This document shows positions 13,505-23,570 of a stretch of 64,000 bases of DNA, in pieces; position 1 is the stretch's first letter, and every line of letters starts with the position of its first letter. The DNA comes from Amphiscolops sp. MND2022 (Eukaryota). The stretch covers positions 99,698,001 to 99,762,000 of the forward strand of contig OZ076409.1 of assembly GCA_964187785.1 (NCBI GenBank), given 5' to 3'. Below the pieces are notes generated by a model. That model was not told the DNA's origin, did no database searches, and saw only the letters and a list, made by a program, of their open reading frames with translations. The translations under genes were made by a program, and so were the position numbers.

Positions 13505-16500
13505 ATGATTCTTGCATGCAACCTAACGATTCTTGTTCTGCTGCAACTTTCAAAATTTGAAGTTTCATTATCGTCCGTATTTTATGCCCCCGTGATAGGT
13601 TTTAATGTATCCGCCCAAGAGGGTCACTATAAATGGAGCGAATGGGATCTTTACAAACACTGGAAAAAGGCGCACCACAAGCTGAAGCAACCGAACGAAA
13701 TAGAGATTGAAAAGTTTGCAGCTTGGAGTAACAACTTTCGAAAGGTAACTAGCGCTTTCATGTCAGAATTTTCGAATAGCTGAATCAACCAGACGATTCA
13801 GTAGTTTTCAAACTTTTCGATTTTTTTAAAAAAACACAATGTTCTGAAACAGTCTGATTTTTTTTACGTCTATAAGGTTTTACTGCAAGTTCGTAATAAT
13901 TTGATCAATCTATAGGGGGATACATTTCGTGAGTTCAACAAGAATAAGTTTTTGCAAGAAACAGCTTTTTCGGGTATTTTTAGTCGGCGCTTTTCTAGTG
14001 AAAAGATCCCGACTATTACAGTGGCTAGTTTTTTTTCGTCAGACTACAATCTCACTCTGATTGGTCCACTTTTCTTACAATCGAAACTACTAAAACTACT
14101 ACCATAAGGCCAAGTCCGGTCAGCGGAAATTAGTGCAAAAGGGTCCCCTTTCAGTTTTTACTATTTTAACGTAACCTACAAAACCGTGACTGCACTCTCG
14201 TGACGAGACTAAAGGCCCCCCTTTCGATTTTTTTTCGGCACTATGCTACATTTTCCGCAAGAAAAAAATCCAAAAATTTCGTTTAAAAAAAACGTTTTGC
14301 GCTTTTTGAGCCTTAGATATAACGCCGACTTTAGAAGTTCCCGTCTTGCTTGATTGTGTATGTGGGGGGTGAATGGGGGGGTGTATGTGGGGGGGGGGGG
14401 TTATGTGGGGGGGTTATGTGGGGGGGTTTATGTGTGGGGGTGTTAGGCGGGGTTATGGGGAGGGTATGTGTGTGTGGGGGGGTTTCCCTACAAAGCGGTG
14501 TCTTGTTCTGTGAAATCATTAAATCTTAGAAGATTCAATCAGGCTATCAAAAACATAGAAAAATTTCTTCATGATACTTTTGGGTTTCTCTTTTTAGGTC
14601 AGTTCCCACAATCTGCGGTTCACAGAGGGCAGAGAAATGTATCTGCAAAATTTGAACAAGCTCTCAGATCACAATCTAAGCAATCTTACGTCATTATTTC
14701 TTCCTTCAGTTGCTTTAGCTCGATTCTACGAAGGTAAAAACCTTGCATTATTTCCTAAATTTTTACTACAAAAGTTAGAACAATTAACTATATAACAAGT
14801 TATAGTTAAAGAAGCAAAGGTGCATAAATTTAGTTATTTTACAACTTTTTCAAGTTTGTGTTGATGTCCTACCAAGGCATGTGGCATTTCATTCCCTTTG
14901 TTAGCCTCACTCAGTGCAAAATAGAATGTGCATTAGCCTCATTCGAATGCAATGAAAATAACCATGGATGAAAGCCATCCCAGTGCGAAAACATCTTGAA
15001 AATCTTGCCAAGATCTTGTGTAATGAAAAGCGCTGAGCGTTTATTCGCTACAAGGGATGGAGGAACTGGTGCCATGGGTCGAGATTCGGGACTAATCACC
15101 ACGACTCCAGTCCATTTTGTCCTCCTAAGGAATGCCGGTCCCGAGAAGGGAGAACCATCTCTGTTCCGGTCTGTTACTGCTACTAGTCACATGAAACGCT
15201 TTTTCTTCGTATCCACTGCGTAAATAGCCTGTAAAAAAGGGGCTAAGTTGCATAGAACTAAATTGAACAATCCAGATGGGAATCTAACGTAAATGACATC
15301 AACATTAACAAGGGTAGCTCTCGGATCAAGAATTCATCAAACAAATCAATAAATACATCAAAGAAGAGTTAAAATCCAATTTGGCGAATAGGGTTGGGTG
15401 GCATGGCACTGGTTCTTGGGTTTGGCACGACCCTGGGTCCGGATATTGCGATTACCCCGACATACTGGTTCTGCGTGAACTATGATGGGCACAGTGGAAA
15501 TTAGCGCATAGGCTACAGTTTCTCGGTTCTGTGACGTTTCACACACCTTTTCGACATTTCGCTTCTTTTTTCCGCCTCGCGGGATCTGCTTGCGCTGTCT
15601 CTTTATGATTTTCGCGAGACTGGTACCTCGTGAACTCATGTTTGGGGGCCACGTCACTTTTGAACGAATTTTTCAGAAAATTGTCAAACTTCGAAAATTT
15701 TGTCGATCACAGGGTGCCGTTACATCCACTCCCTGGGCTCTTGGCTTGTCGCCCTGGCAAGCATCGTGGATTCTCGTCGGGTGACAGGATACTGCCCATG
15801 CTGTGGATACATCTGGAGATTGGAGTGCCGTTGCATAGAACAGCCATCTTGAAGACATCGCCTTTTTTGGATCTTATCGCAATTCTACTACAAGACCTAG
15901 TACTTTTACAAAAAAATGAGGACGTTCGTAGCACCAGCTCGAAAGCTTGAATTTTTCAAGTGGCTTGAACCATTTTTAGCACTTGTGATGACTAAAATGT
16001 CTTTTGCGGCAAGTGCCTGCTAAAATGTCTTTTTCCTCCAAATTTTTGCAAAGATTTGTTTTTTACAGTTTTCGCTTAAAATATCTTTTTCTCAGGAGCG
16101 TATAGGTTCCGCTCAGTAGACAGACAATCGATAGAGCGCACAAGACGCAACTAGAGAGTTACAGTTCGATTTTAAAGATCTTTTTCCAAATTCGCTGTGC
16201 TTTCGCACCTGGATTTCTACCTTGGGTTACGCTAAAGGCGTTAATCAAGAGAAAGCAGTGTTTAAATCGTTCTTTCTTTTTTGAAGAGCTTTGTTAATGT
16301 AATACTAGCACAGGGGGCAGGCGCACTCAATGACCATACACCCGACGCGTAAAAACAAATCAAATTATCTAACTAAAAACATTAACTAAAATTGCACCAA
16401 TCGAATGCAGCACCGTAATAAGGCTGTAGAGTTTCTAGAGTTTTTGTTTGCAGAAGGCCTAGCTTCATCTACTTTGTTGGTGAGCCCTCGGGCTCACCGA

Positions 16501-18452
16501 ACTATTGGCAATTAATGGGAATGCGTAGATCATTGAATGGCAGATTTATTCCTGCTTCGAGGAGAGACTTCTCGTGGAGGTGAGGCATCGCTCACAGACG
16601 CTCGTCTGGCTGGTGAAGGCACAATAGTTTCGTTTCGGCATCAGTGTCGTTGGTGAGCTCATCAATGGGTTCAGCCAGGTCTATAGGACAACAGAAAGTA
16701 ATGAAATTCAGAACGTGATAGCTTGATTGTTAGCACGAACAGCTGCTGCTTAATAGGTATGTATGTTGATCAAGCCGCAATTGGCGTCTGTTTTTGTTTG
16801 TTTTTATTCACTTTCGTCAGCTTTTCTCTTGAATTCTTGGCAATATCTTACAAGATCGTACATAGTCTTGGCGCTCTTGATAAGAATCTTGCCAAGAGTT
16901 TTACCAGGGGTTTCACAAAAATGCAAGATTCTTGTCAAGTATTTCAAGAGTTTTCTCACTGAGATAAATGAAATAATACGAAATGCACCATGATTGATTA
17001 GCCGTGATTCGAATGGAAAAGTGATGATCATGATGGTCAACCTGGGAATGTTATACCAGGAATGAAGCCGGTGAAACTGCCAGAAGTTGACGCTCCAGAT
17101 GGACTGAATTGGTCATTATCAGGTTGGACATGGCATGATAAACTTAGAACTATTTATCCTATTGGCTGGGCTGTCTCAGTATCCAGAGCAATCGCAGCTC
17201 AAAAGAAAAACGCGACAGGTTAGTTGTTACACGCCGTCAACGGCATAAGTCGGCGCCATATATAAGGCTCAAAAATAGCAAAAGGACTTCAAAGTGTCAA
17301 GTATTCTTTTACAGTACCTGATAAACCCAGAGATTGCACCGAATTGGCGCGGCGGAGCTCGCTACTGCGGGCACCTGGCGCCCTAAAAGAGAGACATTTT
17401 CGAATTTTTTAACATCCATAGCAAAACATTAAGAAATTGAAGGGTCGACCATTCGGGGGAAAATTCTACGAAAAAAGTCTATGCCAAAAATGCCAAAAAA
17501 CACTGAAAGGCCTTTGGGATTTTTCAACATCTATTCTGTCGCAAAACATCAAAAAAAAGTAAGGGGACCCTTTGGGGAAAGATTTGTTTCGAAAAGAAAG
17601 TCTCACAAGGCCGAAAAAAAAACGGAAAGAGGGTCCCTTTAGTCGGTTGCGCCCGTTATTGTATGTTGCGCGAAAAAAAAGAAAAAAAAACATTTTTGGT
17701 TCAGTTCGTTAGGCCAAATGGTCAATTGGACACCATAAAATTTCGTAAAACTTTGCAGAACCATTTTGGTCAGTTCGTGTGGATTGAAAAAAAGCCACTT
17801 TAATAGTCGCGCTTCACTTCATGAAGCGCCGGCTAAAAATAGAAGTCTAATATAATTTCTGTCAATGCTAATGGAGGGAAAGAAAAGCATATCTTTTTAA
17901 ACTATGAACTAAAAGGTTTTTTCAGGCATATTTACGAGACTCAGCGAGCAAGAACTTCTTGATTGTGTAAAAGTGAATGACCTGCGTCCCGTTATATCCA
18001 AGGATGCCTTTTCCTACATTTTGGAAAACGGAATTAGTAAAGACACAATCTACCGTCGAAGGTATCCCCCAATCGGGCGTAATTGCAGAAAACATAGAAA
18101 AGAGCCCTTTACATTTATCAGAGAATACCATTTACTTCTACCGGAAGATCAAGAAAATTTGAGGGTTGCAGTCGCTACAATTGGACCTGTTTCTATCAGT
18201 ATAAAACTTACAGAGAACTTTTTTCTTTACAAAACCGGTGTTTTTTATGATCACCTTTGTCAAGACGAAGGCGAGGAACCAATGCATTCCGTTTTGCTGA
18301 TTGGGTATGGAACAGATCTGGCACTCGGAGAATTTTGGATCATCCAGAATAACTGGGGAAATACCTGGGGCGAGAATGGTTTCGCGAGGATGGCGAGAAA
18401 CACAATCATCAATTGTGGCGTTGCATCTGCGGCTTTCTACGCCCTTATTTAA
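13505..18452 (+). CDS. Secreted papain/cathepsin-L-like (C1A) protein lacking the catalytic Cys; exons 13505-13744, 14598-14733, 17060-17218, 17926-18452; 353 aa
   Basis: All introns are GT-AG and the joined exons give 1062 nt with no internal stop. Hydrophobic N-terminus; I29 prodomain (EIEKFAAWSNNFRK/VSSHN..GREMYLQNLNKLSD); mature domain APDGLNW, IYPIGWAVS, LSEQELLDC, GPVSISI, MHSVLLIGYG, FWIIQNNWGNTWGENGF, NCGVAS. AATAAA at 18523. The exon 3 acceptor has a weak pyrimidine tract. Confidence 0.9.
13977..14349 (+). mobile_element. HINE/Helentron-like element copy in intron 1
   Basis: ttttagtcggcgc start and ttttgagccttagatataacgccgact...ccgtcttg end, the same family ends as 7402-7954. Confidence 0.7.
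14361..14482 (+). repeat. G-rich low-complexity tract (GGGGGGTTATGT-like units)
   Basis: Many runs of 4 or more G separated by short T/A loops. Confidence 0.8.
16700..16962. mobile_element. Partial inverted copy of the 9815-10526 MITE family
   Basis: gaaattcagaac..gatag, gatcaagccg..ttggcgt and tcttggcgctcttgataagaatcttgccaaga match the reverse complement of 9815-10250. Confidence 0.65.
17226..17839 (-). mobile_element. HINE/Helentron-like element copy in intron 3
   Basis: gccgtcaacggc hairpin, agtcggcgccatatataaggctcaaaaatagcaaaaggacttcaaagtgtcaag, and aagcgccggctaaaaa at the other end. Confidence 0.7.
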
Positions 18453-18904
18453 CGTTCATATCAAAAATGGGTGTTTTTTTGCAAATTAATTTTAAAATCG
18501 CTGAACTCCCAATTTAAAATGAAATAAACAAGCATGTTAATTCATAAAAAACGGTAGTGTATAGTTGCTTGGTATAAATTAAAATAGAGTATTAGAATTA
18601 CCAATCACAAAACAATTATTTTAAATTATAAATACACACTAAATATTCAATTAAAAACCGTTATCTTTCCATTTCGTTCGATGCACGGGATGTTCATTTT
18701 ATCTTTCATCTGCGAGATGAAGAAATGTTTCAATTTTGTCTTGATAGTGTAAATATGAAATTGAAAAAGTTTTCTTGAAAGTTTTCGAAATGCTTCTACC
18801 GTACAAGTACGATAAAGAGATGTTTCCAGCTGATATTTTGCATGTGATGTACGATTGTTTGACTACATTTATTAGATTGCAAGAAACAATAAGTTCATAG
18901 ATAC

Positions 18905-19260
18905 CCCAGTCGAACTCTAATACATTTCCTGCAAGAATCTCTCAGACTTCACTTCCAACATCTTGGAAGACAATGCATTATTCTTGCAGGTATCTTGGAA
19001 GATCTTGCAAGAAAATGTCTGGTCTTGGAAGATCTTTCAAAAAAATGTCTGGTCTTGCAAGATCTTGCAAGAAATGTGTGAATCTTGGAAGTAACTCGCA
19101 AGAAAATGTCTGATCTTGGAAGTAACTCGCAAGAAAATGCCTGATCTTGGAAGTATCTTGGAAAAAAATGCCTGATCTTGGAAGTAACTTGGAAGAAAAT
19201 GCTTTTATCTTGAAAGTAAATTGAAGAAAGAGATTGAAAATTTTCAATTGGAAGATTTTT
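18905..19260. repeat. ~30-bp tandem array (tcttggaagtaactcgcaagaaaatgtctga), probably a MITE end
   Basis: About eight degenerate ~30-bp units between 18990 and 19230, preceded by cccagt. Confidence 0.65.
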
Positions 19261-19482
19261 ACAGCATCAGCAAAACAAATACTGATGAAGATGAACATAA
19301 ATATGTACACGTATTGAAAGATTACAGCTTAAGAGTTAGTTCGACGTATGTGATTCAAGTTTGTTGCTATTGTGTATAGGATCAACACAGAAATCTTCAC
19401 GAGAAGTTTTGAGCTGTGAGTTTTGTCTGTAAAAAACCTGTAAATCCGGAAGGAACTTTCCAAACTTTTTGTGATTGGTAGG

Positions 19483-19754
19483 TGTGCTGCCTTAACTTGT
19501 GGTTGGTGTGCCTTTTATTTTATTGAAAGGTGGTGGTGGTTACTTGAAAGGCTTACTAAGAAAGGCTGCTTCGAGGTCTGGCTAGCTAGCTATAAGATGG
19601 TAGAAGTAGAACAAAAAGGAAGTCAACCAAATACTGAAAATTGTTTTTCTTTCTCTGAAGGAGTAGAGTTTTACTGTCATTCAGTATTAAATAAACATTC
19701 TAGAACATTCTACAAACATCTAAATACTATTGGTTATTAATGTAGGTCAGTACA
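19483..19754 (-). repeat. 3' LTR of element A (272 bp)
   Basis: tgtgctgcc...ggtcagtaca; roughly a dozen substitutions and one 4-bp indel versus the 5' LTR (manual count). Confidence 0.95.
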
Positions 19755-20589
19755 TCCATCCCGGTTTTTAAAGAATTGAAATTTTTACATTATATCACAT
19801 GAATAAAATTGGGTGAGAAAAAATTTTGTTTAAATGTTTTAGCGAACTGAAACGCTAGTTAACATTTTTTCATCTGATGGATGATTGGCATAAGTCTCTT
19901 TAGAGTTGGTGTACTCAGTGGTATACCTCGAATTGTCTATCAAAAATTTTGATTGACATCTCATAAGTGCGACTATAGTTCAAAAGGCGTCAAAGTGGTC
20001 TATTTCACTATACTTTCATAAGGCTTGTTTTTGAACTAGTAGCGGCTCGGTGCTATGCCTTCGTTGAAGCTGCTAGAAAAGCTTCGCATTGAAGAAGTGT
20101 TGAGCATTCATCTTATGAGCTAAAGGTCGAAGAGTCATTGATAAATATGTTGTTGGAATTTTGTTTGAAAACTGTCTGAAAAGATTTCAGGTTGTTTTCA
20201 ACTTTGGCGGGTTTGTTATGTATAAAAAGGTTGAATTCTTTGAGAAATTGGGTTTCTCATTATTCAAATTGAGATGAAACAGTGTGCTTGATATAATTTT
20301 TGAACTCTTTTTTGTTGAAATTTTGAAAAGACTTTTGTTAACACGTTGAATTATTAGGATTGAATAGCAATGAAAAATAATAATATTAGTGAATTATTCA
20401 TTAAAAATATGCAAATAAATATCGGTATGGGCACAAGATGAGAGTAATATGAGGGCAAATAAATATGGGTGGGAATTATTAATGTATATTTTAAGATAAA
20501 TTTAAGCGCAAGTACAAATCAATTAAGTGTTTCTAAAGTTTTACTCATAATCAAGTACAATGTTTTTGTTTTTCTGCTGTCTATTATTT

Positions 20590-21407
20590 ATTGTTATTCA
20601 TATTATCTGCATATCATCTGTTGATTGACTGGATCATCTTGGGTGGCTTGAGTCGATGATGGGTCAGCTGGATGGAGGATGATCTTTTTGAAGTTGTCAC
20701 TGCAGTCTATTCATCTGAGCGATTCATGTGAGAGATGTTGCTGTCATTGTGGAATGAAGTCATCTGGGATGTTGACTAATTGAATTGGTTGAAGATTTCT
20801 ATCAAAAACAAACGTAAGTATATGATTTGTACACAGAATTGTTGTCGACAGAAGCTTCAGGGGGTCTTTTTGAAGTTCGTCGTCAGTTGTGTCACATTCA
20901 TCGGAGGGCCAATGTGATGTTTTTTGATGGGCCAAGATTTTGTTTTTCGAGTTCTGTACGAGATCTGTTGGATAAAGTTCTCGAAAAAGGCTTGGGGCGT
21001 ATGGTAGTATATTCAGCTTGCGTGGTAGCGTCGCATTGGATAATATATGTATCCGGATGTTTATGAAGTTTGAGGTATTGGTCAAAATTGATCTTCGTTA
21101 CTTGGAAGATTTGAAACATATTTAGAAGAATTAATCTGGTTAAGTGAGGGTCAGCTCTTTTTTCTTTTGTGAGTTGTGTATAGAATGTTGTTAAATGTTT
21201 TTTCAAGATGAGGGATCGAAGTCGAGTTGAAGGAAGTGGAAGCAGAGGGGCAATTGGAGATTCTTCTGTAATTGAATCCAGTGATGACATCTTTAGAAGA
21301 ATTTGAAGGAATTGACTGAATAATTAAAGAATTGTCGCGCAGAGCCAGTGGATCAACGTCTTGAAATGAGGAAAAAATGTAGAAGAAGAAATTTTGGCAA
21401 ATTTTAC
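20590..21407 (-). pseudogene. Accessory ORF B of element A (unknown function; ends approximate)
   Basis: STRLRSLILKKH..TFYTQLT, QYLK.HKHPD..I.QCDATTQAEYTTIRPKPF and DDELQKDPL are all conserved in element B at 41190-41957. Confidence 0.65.
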
Positions 21408-21815
21408 CTAAAATAGATTGGTTTGTTCACATTGAATTTCCTTTAAAAATGGATTTTTATAGTTGACATTTTTTTGATGTATTTTAATGTGTTATATCTT
21501 TTTAATTTTAAGAAATAAGTTGGTGTATTTTAGAAATCTTTTGTAGGGTATTTAAATATCTTTCATTTAAGATCTTATTGGTTGAAATCGGTCCACTAAA
21601 AGGAGGAGCATTTGAGGAATTTTGTTAAAATTTTTTTTTGTCGCTATTGAAAATAGTTTTCTTATTTCAGTATGGAGTGTATTTTATTATTTAATATAGA
21701 GTATAGTCATGCATAGAAAGCATATACGGGTTAGACTTAATTCATTTTGACAGGTTGTTAAAAGATTAAGTGATAAATGTTAACAATTATAAAGCTATTA
21801 TCCCATAATTACCAG

Positions 21816-23111
21816 TTAAGATCTTTGCATTTTTTCAAGTATGTAGTTGAGTTCATCTAAGGATGTGCGTGTACATGAAGCTGATTGGCGCACTCTCGTT
21901 GTATCAAATACGAGTCTTTGTATTATATTTCGAGCTTGTTCGAGAGTTTTTACGATTTCGGCAATAGTGACAATAATATCTCTTTTTGAATGATGATACG
22001 GTTTTATGACGTCCAATATTTCTTTGTAATTTTGTAATTCTTCAGTTGGGAGGAGTTTTTGTGGTTGAGGAATGTCCGTTTTTGTTTTTTTGGGGGAGTC
22101 GTGTTTTATCTTTTTGTGTTCTTTTTTAATTTTTTCCTTTTGTAAGAATTGAAAGCAGATGAGAACTAATGAATATTAATTCATTATATGTATATCCTTT
22201 TTTGGTTATAGCGTAATAATAAGATTTTTCGCTGTCTCCAAGGGGTTGAGAGGCTATGTGTTGAAGTGGAGGAAGAGGATCTGGTATATTTTGAGGTATA
22301 TCTTCCTGTAGTAGCGAATCGTCGTTCAAAATGAGGTATTCTTGTGGAACAACAATTGGTCTTTTCGGGTTGTCATTTGGGAGGAAAAGGAAACTTTGTT
22401 TTAAAGGATCGTAATTTCGGAGTTTTCCTTTTGTTTTAGTATGATCTATCAGATATTCTGAGTTGAAAGTGAAGGGTGATGTATGTTTCGGATTGAAGAA
22501 CAAGTAATTTTCAGGTTTTTTGTATTGAAGAAATTTTTGGTAAGAAACATGTTGAGATTTCTTTATTTGATACGGTAAGAAATTTGCGTCAATTTCTTCA
22601 GTTCTGAGGTCGTATGGAGATGGTCTGAGGAAATTGTATGGGAGTGAGAAAATTGTCACTTTTTTGCTTAACCACCAGTCATAGGGGGTGATTAGTTTTG
22701 AAGCAATTGAAGTATGATTATCATTTTTGAATTCTCTGATGATGAATTTGTATTTGGTTGGTATCATGTATAATGAGGTTAAATGAGATTGAAATGGAAA
22801 TTGTTTTGATGATAATATAGGAGTTAATCCACGGAATCTATCTTCGTCTTGTTTTACTGGTTTTATTAAAGGAGGGCAAGCGCTAGATTCCATAACGGTT
22901 TTTCAGCAGTTATATCTGGGTATTTTCGTTTTTGAGTTCTGGTGTTTATATGATCAATTTGATCAACTGGAATATTTTCAATGTTATCGTGATAATTTGA
23001 AGATGAATTATTATCTTCGTTAACACTTTGTTGAATAGTTATGTTTAAAGGGGTTGCAAGCAGTTCAGAAGGGCTAGAATTAACTACATCAATATCGGGC
23101 AAGGATTCCAT
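21816..23111 (-). pseudogene. Accessory ORF A of element A (~430 aa, frameshifted, unknown function)
   Basis: ORF pieces 23111-22866, 22893-22126 and 22016-21816 are collinear with element B (MESLP.IDVVNSS, ACPP.IKP.KQDEDR, LRPSPYDLRTEE, SYYYA..KKGY, QSASCTRTSLDE.NY). Confidence 0.8.
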
Positions 23112-23287
23112 TATTTGAACTTGCGTGTATTTTGTAGCGCTAAAATAGTAATTATACCTTTTAACAAAGATTAACGTGTTATGTACTTTTGGTCCAATAG
23201 TTTAAAGTTATTATTGAAAATGAAGTTTAAAATGTACTTACAGTATTGAAATACTTTGAGTTAGTTGAGGGTTAAAAACATCAACAA

Positions 23288-23330
23288 TCACAGTGGCATC
23301 TATTCCCGGAATAGAAACTTCTGTAATTTC
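23288..23330. promoter_or_regulatory. Conserved palindromic element containing TTCCCGGAA; candidate internal promoter/enhancer
   Basis: TCTATTCC-C-GGAATAGA is a perfect inverted repeat. The block is nearly identical in element B (43792-43835) within an otherwise diverged spacer. Confidence 0.5.
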
Positions 23331-23570
23331 AGTCTGTTTACAGGGACTGAGGGTCCAGTTGGAGATTGTTTGGCTGAGTTGAAATAGGCAGAAGAAGAAT
23401 TTCTAAGTTCTTTTGGTTAAATTTATGTTGGCAATTTGTGTTGAGTTGAAGTTGACAACTTGTCCAAATGAGAATTTGGGTTTGAATGAAAGTAACATCG
23501 GTGGAGAATTTGTTTTTATTTTTTTGAACCTTTTTGAGATATTTTGTTTTATTTGATTATTGCTTTTCGG

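Noticed and set aside
15358..15950. Cluster of overlapping ORFs in a slightly GC-richer part of intron 2
   Set aside because: No recognisable domain, and not needed for the spliced gene model; may be a decayed transposon fragment.
18990..19230. CRISPR-like periodicity
   Set aside because: Contiguous degenerate units with no unique spacers, in a eukaryotic context with no cas genes.
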